Below, piece by piece: positions 35,314 to 47,620 of a stretch of 64,000 nucleotides of DNA (its first letter is position 1; the number at the start of each line of letters is the position of its first letter). The notes under the pieces are model-generated. The model was not told where the DNA came from. It saw only the letters and a program-made list of their open reading frames with translations, and did no database searches. The DNA is taken from NCBI GenBank assembly GCA_011109175.1, contig RDEW01000044.1, forward strand, positions 11,791 through 75,790. Direction: 5' to 3'. The DNA comes from Dicyema japonicum. Its lineage: Eukaryota; Animalia; Dicyemida. Made by a program: the position numbers and the translations under genes.

Positions 35314-37735
35314 TTTATTTATTTAACACCCCTAGACAACGGTAAAACCAAACTAACTATCACTTGATCCCGATGCGTTCTACCAAAATCCTCATCCTTT
35401 TTCGGTGCTCCTCCCTCATGCCCACACAAGCTCCTACTGGACGGCTGACTGTATTTGCAGGGCCACCTTTCCGCAAGCCGGAGTTTAGTTTCATGAGGAC
35501 ATCCAGAGTAGTCGGTCCGGTTCTGTGTCTCCCACAAGTCCACCGCTCCGTGACTCTGAAAGCCTTCTTTTGTACGTCCTCGATTTTCTTAGTATTCGTC
35601 CATGATAACGAAGGTCCCCACGAAGCACACGCGTACGAGAAGCATAGTTCAATGTATTGTATGTAGATATTCATCAAGACCGAGTGGGTACCGGTCTTCC
35701 ATATTTTAGATAAACATTTCAATACATTGATTTCCTTCTCGCACTTAAGAACAATGTTTGCCACGTGTGGTGACAAACATAAGTGCGTATCCAGTGTCAC
35801 GACCAGGATCTTCTGACATTTGCTGAAAGGGATTTTAACGTTTTCCAATTTTAAGGTCTTCTCCAACCTTTCGTCCGAAGTAAACATAGACCGACTTTCT
35901 GGAATTTACCGTGAGTTGGTTATTAATAACCCAGGCGTTGAGTCGGTCCAAGTTAATTTGTAATCTTTCTGTAGCATTTTGGATATTTCGATCACGCGAG
36001 GCCAAAACAATGTCGTCCGCATATGATAGTAGAACATCGTTCTTGGATTCTGGTGTCGGGAGGTCTGTCAGATATAAATTGAATAAGGCGGGGGATAAAG
36101 GAGATCCTTAGGGGAAACCGTTTGGGAGAAGACGTGAGACTGATTTCAGTCCTCCGAGGCATACACTTCCCCTCCGTCCACTTAGAAATTTGTTATCCAA
36201 AGTTTAAGCTTCCCCGGGATCTCCGACTGGAAAATTTTCTTTGATAATATTTTTCTCGAAATAGAATCAAAGGCCTTGTTAATATCAATGGAACATAAGA
36301 CTGTTTTCAAATGCTTTGGTTTGTTTGAAAATCCGTCTCTAATGAAGTTGGTTAATTTCTGTAGGTACGTTGATGTAGAACAATCGCTCTTGTATCCGTG
36401 TTGAAAATCCTTTTCTAATAAAAAAGCCTTGATTCTTCCAAGTACAAGCCTCTCCAGGATTTTCGATACGGAACATAACAATAACACAGGTCTAAATGAT
36501 GCCGGGTCTTTCTTAAGTTTTCCAGGTTTCAGTATAGGTCGGATGTTGGCTTGCTTTCATAATAACGATTTTACATTCCAATTAATTGAATAGTTGAAAA
36601 TCGACGTTAGAAAACTGACTCCCATATCTCAAAGGTTCTTCAATAACACTACTGGAATGTTGACTTCTCTCTTGATCTTCATCACAATCGGGTTATGATC
36701 GCTTCTTGTTTCATAGAAGACTGACCAGGTAATTTTCGATGAAAGTGATGTGGAACAGAGTGCTACGTCAGGAGAGGTAGGCTGGTCCGTCTCTCTGAGT
36801 GGGGTCTTTGTATTTCTCGCTGAGTTATTCAGTATCGTTAGGGAGTCCGTTTTCCATAACAATTGCTTCCCTCTCGTGTCGGCCTGTTGGGTTGACAACC
36901 ATAAGGGGTGTTTTGAGTTTAAATCTCCACATTTGATGATCTCCTCGTAGATAGCCAATCTTGATAAATTTGGAATAACATAGTACTTTGGAGAGGAGCC
37001 GGGAAGAGACAAGTAGATATTCACGAGGCACAGACTTCCTTTCGTTGTCCCAAGCGAGATTCCAACTGCCTCAGTAACCTCGTCGTTTCCAACAAGTTTT
37101 CTCACTTCCGAAGTAATGTCTCTGCATTTCAGGTTCTTTTTGAATAGAGTAAGTAGTCCGCCCCCTCTTCTCTTTTTGCGGTCCATCCTGATAGCCTCGT
37201 ATCCAGGGAATGAAGGAGTGGGATCATTCATGCGGAGTTTAGTTTCTTGGATCATAGCCACGTCGATCTTCTGATTTGCCAGAATTGAACGGAGTTCCCT
37301 GACCTTGCCTTTAGTTCCGTTGATGTTCAATTGGAGAGCAGTAAATTTCCTTTCTCCACAGTGGGCTGAGGGTTTTCTCCAGGAATGTTTAGACTTTTTT
37401 TGAACACATCGCCGGGGGGTCGATAATGACCCCGAGAGGAAAGGGTCTAATGGTCCTTTTTTGGGAGTGCATTAGAAGCTCTCTGGGCGTTGCCAAATGC
37501 TTTTGAATTTTTTGAATTGATGGACCACATAACGCCACGTTACACACGCTACAATGACTAATTGTGTACACAACGAGGGACACGTGGTCACAACGAGGAT
37601 TTCGAAGTGCTCCGTTCAAGAGAACTGTCCGGTCTAATTTAATCGAAGGTGGCACCCATACAGCCATCAGGGCAATTTCCTCAAGTTTGATTGCATCAAA
37701 CGATGAAATTCTCTACGAAATATGGAATTTTCCCC
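35314..37735 (-). mobile_element. Ingi/Vingi/Jockey-like APE-RT non-LTR retrotransposon, decayed
   Basis: APE (NING, AMIQETKL, RGGGLL, GDLNSKH, SPDVAL, SDHNPI); RT (FQHGY, IDINKAFD, SPALFNLY, YADD, YACASW); (TAAA)n tail. Confidence 0.88.
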
Positions 37736-38825
37736 TAGTAGCAGTGGCGGGCTCGACGGAATGAGACCTGGCTACCTGAAGTATCTAACCTCTTTGTCTG
37801 TAGAAGAGCAGAACTTCGTCTTACTAATTCAATTACTTCACTTATGAATTGGATCATGTCTGGAGTTCTTCCCGAAGTTATCCGCCATGTCCTGTTCTCC
37901 ACCAATTTGATATCCTTTGATAAGAAGGGAGGCGGAGTACGACCAATTGCGGTCGCGTTTTTCTTCAGAAGACTGATTGATAAAATTGCCTCCAGACATT
38001 CTATTCCACTCGTCACAAAATTCTTGAACCTTTCAAGTATTCGCCTGGATGCTGTCCATTCAATGAGGACATTCACAAACCGCAGTATAAAAGAATCCCG
38101 GGGACATGTCCTGGTCAAACTGGACATCAAGAACGCCTTCAATAGTCTAAGGAGGGACAATATCCTGGAGGCGTGTGTTGAGAGATGCCCTAATATTTTC
38201 GAATTTGTGAATCAGTCATACAGTCTACCTTCATCTTTACTTTTCGGGGACTACCTAATCCATTCGTATTCTGGAGTGCAACAGGGAGATCCCCTTGGAC
38301 CCCTATTGTTTTGTCTTGCAATGGAGAAAATCACCAAACTTCCGTGCTCGCCCCTCAACCTATGGTATCTGGATGATGCGGTCCTCGGAGGACCCCCGGA
38401 TACTGTTTTCCGGGATTTGGAAGTGATAATTCCAGCATTGTTGGAGGCTGGACTAGAATAAAATTACACTAAATGCGAAATCTACAATTGCGGACTTTCA
38501 GAGGAGAAGTATTCATAAGCTTTGTCATGTTTCGGAAATTTACTGCCTGGAAGTATTTCCACACCCGATGAAGAACTTATATTCCTCGGATACCGGATCA
38601 CCATAAATGCAATGGGAAGAGCTATACGTGAAAAACGACTGTTACTCGAAGAGACTCTGAACCGCTTGTGTCTACTCGACATGCATACAGCATTATTCCT
38701 CCTGAAAAACAGTCACAACATACAGAGGCTTGCATATGTCCTAGGACTGCTCCCTATTTCACCCTGTATGACCAACTCACATAGATTAACGAGATCTTCC
38801 GTACGACAGCGGAACTTATCTTCAA
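37735..38825 (+). mobile_element. CRE-clade reverse transcriptase fragment (duplicate at 47620-48287)
   Basis: KKGGGVRPIAV, KLDIKNAFNSLRR, GVQQGDPLGPLLFCL, WYLDD. Confidence 0.88.
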
Positions 38826-40465
38826 GAAGCGATGGACATCACTTATTGATTCTCTATCGCCAAATACACCCGAGACACTGATATGGAGGAAAATTAAATA
38901 TTTGAGACGTTGCAATGAAGGCTCTGAAAAAGTCCTCCACGGACAGGGATGTAGCAACATCGACCCAAATATTTTAATGAAGCACTATGTCGCGATCAGC
39001 CATAAAAATTTCTCGAGGGAACACAGAGTCTACAAGAAGTTGTATCCATCATATGATTTGATTGTCTTTACTCCAAAAGAAGTTCGAAATGCAATCATGG
39101 ATGTCAAAAACTCCAGTTCCCGAGGTGCTGACAATGTCTCGATGATGGAACTGAAACACCTTGGTGAAAAAGCAACCAAATTCCTATCATACGTTTATAC
39201 TATATCTGTGAACAATAATATGATATTTTCTATATCGAAGAAATCCATAATTCTGTCAATTCGGAAGCCAAACAAGCCTGCAAACGATCCCTCTTCTTAT
39301 CGTCCAATTGCAATACTATGTGCAATGTCCCGAATTTTAGAAAAATTAATCTTAACACGAATCAAAAATAGTGTACCAAATCGAGTATTCCAGCATGGAT
39401 TCCGTGAAAATCATTCTACTACGACTCACTTAACAAAATTAACTCTACATATTTCTGATGGATTCTCTTATCCAAAACCACATAAAAGGAGCATAATGGC
39501 TTCAATAGACTTGAAGAAAGCATTCGACTCCGTTTCCCTTTGGTCTGGGACGCAACTTGCATAGACACGTTTTCAAGCACGAACATTTTTAGATCGGTTC
39601 AGACACCTGGAGCAGCTGCTTCGACTGCGGAAAACCTAAAAATCAAGAAATATTCTTGCCTCGAGGATCGCTACCGTTTAGATCGCTACGTAAAAATTTT
39701 TGTTTAAGAAAATAAATAAATATATTTCTGACCACTAATCCAAAACCACATAAAAGGACCATAATTGCTTCTATAGACATGAAGAAAGCATTCGACTCCG
39801 TTTCCTGGACGCTGAAAATTTCTAACACTCTTATAAATCCAAACATTAAAAGATGGCTGTCGAACTTTTTAAGTGGAAGAAGAGGACAAGTGATGTCAGA
39901 CAACAGAAAATCTAAATCCCGTTTATTGCCGAATGGTGTCCCTCAAGGTTCACCTCTCTCTCCCCTGCTCTTCAACCTGTATACCAATGACCTCCCACCA
40001 ACGACGATCCCTATACATTAATACTCTCATATGCAGATGACATTGTTATTTCAACGAGAGACTCTAACTATGAGAAGGCAGGGATAAAACTTCAAAGTTA
40101 TATTAGTATGCTGGAACATTGGCTCACATCAAATCGACTGGAAGTTTCTACAGGAAAGTCGTTTATAACAATTTTCTCTACATATATAAGATCATTATCA
40201 AATTGTTTGGATATGAAATTTCTATGAATAAGTCTCCAACAATACTAGGATTAAAGTTGGATACTCTCCTGACATTCGGCCAACATGTCAATGACGTTAT
40301 TACCAAAGTCAGGAGAAGGACCAACATATTGAAAATTTTGTCCCGATCACCAATCGGGCACAAAACCTTCTTACTACAGAAAATTTACAGACAATACATA
40401 CTGCCAGTAATCGAATATGCATGTCCCTCCTGGAGCTCGATGATTTCTGAATCGTCGTCTCAAAA
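38825..40465 (+). mobile_element. Ingi/Jockey-like LINE RT region, interrupted by a CRE fragment (39538-39735)
   Basis: PSSYRPIAIL, FQHGFR, IDLKKAFDSV, NGVPQGSPLSPLLFNLY, YADD, LGLKLDTLLTFGQHV, EYACPSW. Confidence 0.88.
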
Positions 40466-40734
40466 ANNNNNNNNNNNNNNNNNNNNNNNNNNNNNNNNNN
40501 NNNNNGCTTCAAGGTAAACAATGAAGAGGACCGGGGATAGCGAGTCCCCCTGTGGAACTCCCCGTGAAGTCGGAAAAAAGTTGGAGGTACATTTGCCAAA
40601 TTTGACAGAAAATGAGTGTTCTGCATGAGCAGGCGTATTATTTAACGTCGTCTGGGTGAAGAAAACTTTTCAGTACTTCCATAAGTTTTCCCCGATGTAC
40701 CGAATCGAATGCACGGGGCATATTAATGTCAAGT

Positions 40735-42196
40735 AAAAATGATCAATAAGCATAAATGATCAATAAATACACTATGTATTTTAATAACGGTAAAAATGGA
40801 ATTTTCATAAACCACTTGTGGAAAGAGAAAACTTATGCATGATGGCTATGCGTACATTATGGATAGACAATGTCATATATTAGTAATATGAGCTGAAAGG
40901 AAAATGCAAAGGCAGAGTAAGAACTGTTAACGAAGAACGTAATGGAACTATGACACCACATGAACATCCACCAAATGCAGGACGTTTACATCACTGAAAA
41001 CCGTCAATACGATAAAAAAGAGAGCGAGAGATTCTGAAGAAACTACATCCAAAGTTATCCAAAATTGTTTAAGCACATACCCTATTGATGCTGATTGTGC
41101 GCTACCTAAAAAAACCCTTGCACGTACTGTTCGACGACAGCGTACAGATCAAATACAAGACGGTAATGTTCTTACTGATGAACTTAAAAGTACTCTCAGA
41201 GAAGATGATTTTGTGCTACATGATAGTGATGGATTGCTTATACTAACAACAGCAAGAAACCTTGATCTTATGTCTATGAAAGAACATTGGTTATGTGATG
41301 GTATGAACATTGGTTCAGCTCCATTAGGTTTTCAGTTGTACACATGTTACATTATGTAAACATGCACGGTTCCATTAGTGTACGCTATTGCTCGAGAAAA
41401 ATCTCAAAAGAGAAAAGGCACAATTGAATCCACTATCATTTACCATAGATTATGAGCGAGCAATGATCAATGCTATCAACAGAATTTTTTAAATGCAAAT
41501 GTGTATGGCTGCTACTTTCACTTTGGGCAGTGTTTATTGCGAAAAATACAAAATCTAAGACTGCAGGTGTGGTATAATGACCCAGCAAATGCAAACTAAA
41601 TTAAAAGTATTCAAGCACTAGCATTTGTTCCTTTACCTCAAGTCATTGAGGGTTTCCGAGCGCTCCTTGAAACTATAGATGACGAGACTGATGACATGTT
41701 GAGAGATTTTCTGACCTATTTTGAGACAACATGGATCGGAGCCTTGCAACGTGGAAGGAGAAGAAGACCATTGTTTAATTTAGAAATGTGGATTGTATAC
41801 GACGAACAAGCAGAAGGCCTCCCAATAACTACGAATTCACTTGAAGGATGGCACAGATCTTTTTAACAAAGAGTGTCTATAAAACATCCAACCGTTTTTT
41901 GGCATGTTGCAAAAATACGAAAAGAACAGTCAGAGTGGGAGCTCACAGTAGAACAAGTGATGGCCGGAATAACAATAAGACAAGTAAAGAAGTACCAGGA
42001 TGTGAACAAAAGGATACACAGTATTATTGGAAAATATGATAAATAGACTCCAGTTGAATTTTTGACTGCCCTTTCTCATAACCTTTAATTAAATGTATTT
42101 ATCTTGAAATTTATCTCTGAATTTTAAAACCAAACTTTCCTGACGGCTAAATGTCCTGTCGGCCTAATATCTATCGGCCAAATGTCTGGACACCCT
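40735..42196 (+). mobile_element. MULE transposase pseudogene, second copy with 3' end and terminal repeat
   Basis: Duplicate of 31500-32570, extended through TTNSLEGWHR to subterminal repeats (CGGCC/TAAATGTC) ending GGACACCC. Confidence 0.85.
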
Positions 42197-42199
42197 TTG

Positions 42200-43060
42200 G
42201 TTGGGGGGTTAGGAATTTGTTCACTTTGTTTTTTATCCGGTGTAATGCAATGAGAGACAGTGTTTTGCGTATGGAAGTTAGTAGAATTATTGGTCTAAGG
42301 TTGCAAAGGGGACCTTTCCCTTATTTTTTAGTGGTATTAGCCAGCATCCTTTTAGTTCCAACGTAGTGTCTTCTTGGAGAGACCGATTGAAAACATTAGT
42401 GATCATTTTGTCTAGCTCCTTTGGGGCATGTTTTAAAAGTTCAGCTGGGATATTATCTGGTCCTGCATATCTTCCGGTGTTCAGTTTTTTAATTGTTTGA
42501 AGAGTTTCCGAAATGCTTTTTGGGTGCAATATAGTGGATTTGTCAGGTTTCAGTGGTTTTATTGTGTAATCAGTTTCGCTGATGTTGAATGGATGATCAA
42601 AATGCGAAGCTATTGTAGTAGCTTTGTTAAGGTCTCCAATGACAGTACGGCCGAGGTTATCGTGGACAGAGATCGGGGCCGAACTCCTCCCTCTGTTAAG
42701 GAAGCGAATTGCATTAAACATCCTTGGTCAGTCTTTATATTTCGTTATTTCGGACATTTGATTTTCTGCTTCACTTCTGGCTAGGAATTTTTGTATTTGT
42801 TTGATCTTTATTAGGACTCTGCCTCTCTGGGTGCGGAGCTCGTTGATTTTTTCCGGTGCACTTGTATTTTCGGATTGGAGCCATGAATTACAGAAAGTTG
42901 TCTGATATCCTAACTTCTTTGTTTGTGACTAGGTTTGAGGGTTGGACCCAAAACACTAGAGGCTGCTTTTTGTATAGCAACTACTATTTCCTCCCATATT
43001 TTATTTGCTGGTTTTTTATATTGTTGATGTTAATGGTGTTAATGCTATTCCTCAGAGTTA
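42200..43060 (-). mobile_element. RTE-like family B fragments (linker and RT start)
   Basis: KKLNTGRYAGPDNIPAELLK..LIPLKNKGK..RPIILL. Related fragments at 40506-40730, 56760-57015 (+), 57170-57840 (-) and 58960-59160 (-). Confidence 0.7.
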
Positions 43061-43576
43061 TTTTTTAATTAGTGATTTTTTATTAGGAAAGTTATAAGTT
43101 TGGAAAAACAGTCGACCGTATGTTTGCGAAGGTCGGGGATTTTGTGAGAATAAAAAACAAAAAATGGCACTTGGCAACAATCACAGGATTTATTGCCTCT
43201 AAATATGCAATTGCCGACAGGGAAAGCAGAGGAAATATTTATTTAATAAATTTTATTGCAGAACACTATACTCTATTATGTTCAAATATATGGATGAACC
43301 AAATGTCGACCTATCTACTTCCTCAGAATGGTTATCCAAGGAAAATAACGGCCCACGGAGCGAAGCATTGTACTGTCTTCTGCAAGATAGGAATTTGTTT
43401 TTCGCACACACGGGGTCATTATGCAACCATTGCAAAAAAAACAGGAAACTGTAGATCAGTTGGCCACTCAGTGTAGTAAAATACTAAACAGTGATTATCT
43501 CCGAAGACATAATGAAGTGGTAAAGTGTATCTATCTTCATCTTTGTCGAGTTTATGGAATCAAAAGAAGCAGAAAT

Positions 43577-43890
43577 GGGCATAGTGGTTAGGCGTCGGGC
43601 TAAAGTGACTTATGTTACGGGTTCGATTCTCACTGCTGTTCACCTGGTAAAAGGTTCCACGCATCTACGATGCTAAAATGGCTTGACGAGTGACGCCGTC
43701 ATCAGTGGATACTCACTGCGGAACTAGATTGTCTAGAAAGGAACCACACACAAGAAAAAGAAAAAAGAAGTTAAGATCATTCTTTGGTTCTACGATTAGC
43801 TAAAATTAACTGTTCTTTACTTAAATAAAGTGTGTGTCCCTGCCTATGTGGAACTATAAATATTATGTCTCTCGTGAAAAGGCTATTATA
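43577..43890 (+). mobile_element. tRNA-derived SINE, family 1 (copy within duplicated block)
   Basis: Essentially identical to 33159-33470. Confidence 0.75.
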
Positions 43891-45499
43891 TCTAAAAACT
43901 TGTCATTGTCTGCGCCTTATTAGGATTTTTTCCATTTTCCGACCGATAGCGTAACTTTATATTCATTAACATGGGATAAGGGTAAATATATTTTTGGATA
44001 AAAGAACATCTTAAAAGTCACAATAAGATCGGGTTTTTAGATCCTAAAGACCAAGACGAAGAAGAGCTGTTTCAGGATCTTCTAAATATATTCCTGTAGG
44101 GGCCATCAGAACCAGAAATTGCACCAATAGATAATTTTTATTGAATCCTTAAAAAATTTTTTTATGAAGAGAGAGTAGAAGACCTGATATCTTTGATAAT
44201 GCCTATCATTACACGGACAATCTCTATGTTCCATTATCCCTCACTTGTCATTTCTCAATCCGATTGAGAATTTATTCAGTACGTGGAAAAACTACATGTT
44301 TCCGAAGGTGTTGAAAATGAGAAAATTAAAAAAAAAAGTTTGTTTTTAACCTTAAAAAATTTAGTAACTCATAGCTCTAATTGTTCATAACAGTTTCGTT
44401 AATTATTCTCCTCCAAATAGTCCTGTTTCTTGCTTTTTCTCTTAAGTAGTCAATGTTTTCAAGTTCTTTCCGATATTTTTCAGTTCCTGGTTAAAAATAA
44501 ATGGTATTATAGCTCTTGACGTTCTACGGAATCCTCCTCCGCTTTGCGTGCAGTATGTTTCCATTGCAATATTTGCCGAAATATTTATTTCCATTCGTGA
44601 TTTCAAGATATCCATCGATAGTTTGTGATATTTGCTACAGTTGTATAGATCCGAGTTCGAGATCTTTACCGGATATCGTATCTTTAGTGCGGCATGGAGC
44701 TGGGATCTATAGAAGTTGTACAGTCCCGTGCAAATGTTACCGCCAGGGTCAAGTAATTCATAAGATAAGCAAAAAATGTTACTTTTATTTGATAATTTTT
44801 ATTATTTTAAAAAGCAAATATGCTTTTTAAATTTTAGCCAACCTAATCAATTTTTTATTTTTTTATTTCATCCCTTAAAAATGGGATTTTTCCACTTTTT
44901 ATTTTTTTAATGAATAAAAAGTGGAAAAATCCAATTAAGCCGTGCATATGTTACCGCCAGGGTCAAGTAATTCATAAGATAAGCAATTTTTATTTTTTAA
45001 TGAAAATTAAGCCGTGCATATGTGAATAAAATTGTACGCTTTAGTTGAGTAGAAACTCTAGTACTTCTGGGTTAGATGAAAATCTGACTCCTGTTAGAGA
45101 ATATATATTCTTCGGAATAATTTTAATATACATTCATTATAAAGATCACATAATTAGTTTTATTCTGATTTACAAAACAGCTACTCGGTCAGACCAGATT
45201 CGAGTTAAATGAGATTGTGAAGGGCAGCAAATCCATTGTGAAGACACCTAACCACTATGCCACCCGGCTAACCATGGAATGATCTTCATTTCTTTTTTTC
45301 TTTTTGTTAGGTATGTCCTATTTATTAACCCCGGATACACCGAGAAATAAGTTAAAGTAAACAACTAATTAAGTGTATCCAGTTTCCACTTCTACAGAAA
45401 CAGAGTCCATCCGGAATCAACATAAAGGGTAAAAGACGTCCATACTTGCAGTTGTGTAAACCCCTCCAGTGGAGTAGGGGTGTGTCCTATGCCAATCAT

Positions 45500-47620
45500 T
45501 TATTTATTTAACACCCCTAGACAACGGTAAAACCAAACTAACTATCACTTGATCCCGATGCGTTCCACCAAAATCCTCATCCTTTCCCGGTGCTCCTCCC
45601 TCATGCCCACACAAGCTCGTACTGGGCGGCTGACTGTATTTGCAGGGCCACCTTTCCGCATGCCGGAGTTTAGTTTTATGAGGGCCTCCAGAGTAGTCGG
45701 TCCGGTTCTGTGTCTCCCACAAGTCCACCGCTCCGTGACTCTGAAAGCCTTCTTTTGTACGTCCTCGATTTTCTTAGTATTCGTCCATGATAATGAAGGT
45801 CCCCACGAAGCACACGCGTACGAGAAGCATGGTTCAATGTATTGTTTGTAGATATTCATCAAGACCGGGTGGGTACCGGTCTTCCATATTCCAGATAAAC
45901 ATTTCAATACATTGATTTTCTTCTCGCACTTCAGAACAATGTTTGCCACGTGTGGTGACAAACATAAGTGCGTATCCAGTGTCACGACCAGGATCTTCTG
46001 ACATTTGCTGAAAGGGATTTCAACGTTTTCCAATTTTAAGGTGACAGTCTTCTCCAACCTTTCGTCCGAAGTAAACATAGACCGACTTTCTGGAATTTAC
46101 CGTGAGTTGGTTATTAATAACCCAGTTAATTTGTAATCTTTCGGTAGCATATTGAATATCTCGATCGCGCGATGCTAAAACAATGTCGTCCGCATATGAG
46201 AGTAGAACATCGTTATTGGATTTCGGTGTCTGGAGGTCGGCCAGGTATAAATTGAATAAAGCGGGGGATAAAAGAGATCCTTGGGGGACACCGTTTGGGA
46301 GAAGACGCGAGACTGAGTTCAGCCCTCCGAGGCATACACGTCCCCTCCGTGAGTATAGTCATCCTATGGAAAAGTTTCTTCGCCCTGTGAATATTTCGGA
46401 TGGCTTTCCACATTTCTAGAATTGTCCAAGTAAAGTATTTGATCGCATTTTCTAGAGATTTGAAGCTGTCCAAGTAACAATTCTTCAGTCTATCATCCGA
46501 GATTGCGCGATACAATTCCCAATTAGCAGCTTTGTAATTATAACTAGTAGGTGTTCTCCTCACTTTGACTTCTCTCTTGATCTTCATCACAATCGGGTTA
46601 TGATCGCTTCTTGTTTCGTAGAATAATGACCAGGTAATTTTCGATGAAAGTGATGTGGAACAGAGTGCTACGTCAGGAGAGGTAGGCTGGCCCGTCTCTC
46701 TGAGTGGGGTCCTTGTATTTCTCGCTGGGTCATTCAGTATGGTTAGGGAGTCCGTTTTCAACAACAATAGCTTCCTTCTCGTGTTGGCCTATTGGGTTGA
46801 CAACCATAAGGGGTGCTTTGCGTTTAAATCTCCACATATGATGATCTCCTCGTAGATAGCCAATCTTTGGGCAGGAGCCGGGAGGAGGTAAGTAGATATT
46901 CACGAGGCACAGACTTCCTTTCGTTGTCCCAAGCGAAATTCCAATTGCCTCAGTAACCTCGTCATTTCCAACAAGTTTCTCACTTCCGAGGTAATGTCTC
47001 TGCATTTCAGGTTCTTTTTGAATAGAGTAAGTAGTCCACCCCCTCTTCTCTTTTTATGGTCTATCCTGATAGCCTCGTATCCAGGGAATGAAGGAGTGGG
47101 ATCATTCATGCGGAGTTTATTTTCTTGAATCATGGCCACGTCAATCTTCTGATTTGCCAGGATTGAACGGAGTTCCCTGACCTTGCCTTTAATTCCATTG
47201 ATGTTCAATTCGAGAGCAGTAATTTTCCTTTCTCCACAGTGGGCTGAGGGTTTTCTCCGGGAATGTTTAGACTTTTTTTGAGCACATAGCCGGGGGTCGA
47301 TAATGACCCCTAGAGGAAAGGGTCTAATGGTCTTTTTTGGGAGTGCATTAGAAGCCCTCTGGGCGTTGCCAAATGCTTTTGAATTTTTTGAATTGATGGA
47401 CCACATAACGTCACGTTACACACGCTACAATGACTAATTGTGTTCACAACGAGGGACACGTGGTCACAACGAGGATTTCGAAGTGCTCCGTTCAAAAGAA
47501 CTGTCCGGTCGAATTTAATCGAAGGTGCACCCACACAGCCATCAGGGCAATTTCCTCAAGTGTGATTGCATCAAACGATGAAATTCTCCTCGAAATACGG
47601 AATTTTCCTTTAGTAGCAGT
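45500..47620 (-). mobile_element. Second copy of the Ingi/Jockey-like element, with a different internal deletion
   Basis: Colinear with 35314-37735 but retains the post-APE linker (YNYKAANW) and lacks part of the RT. Confidence 0.85.
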
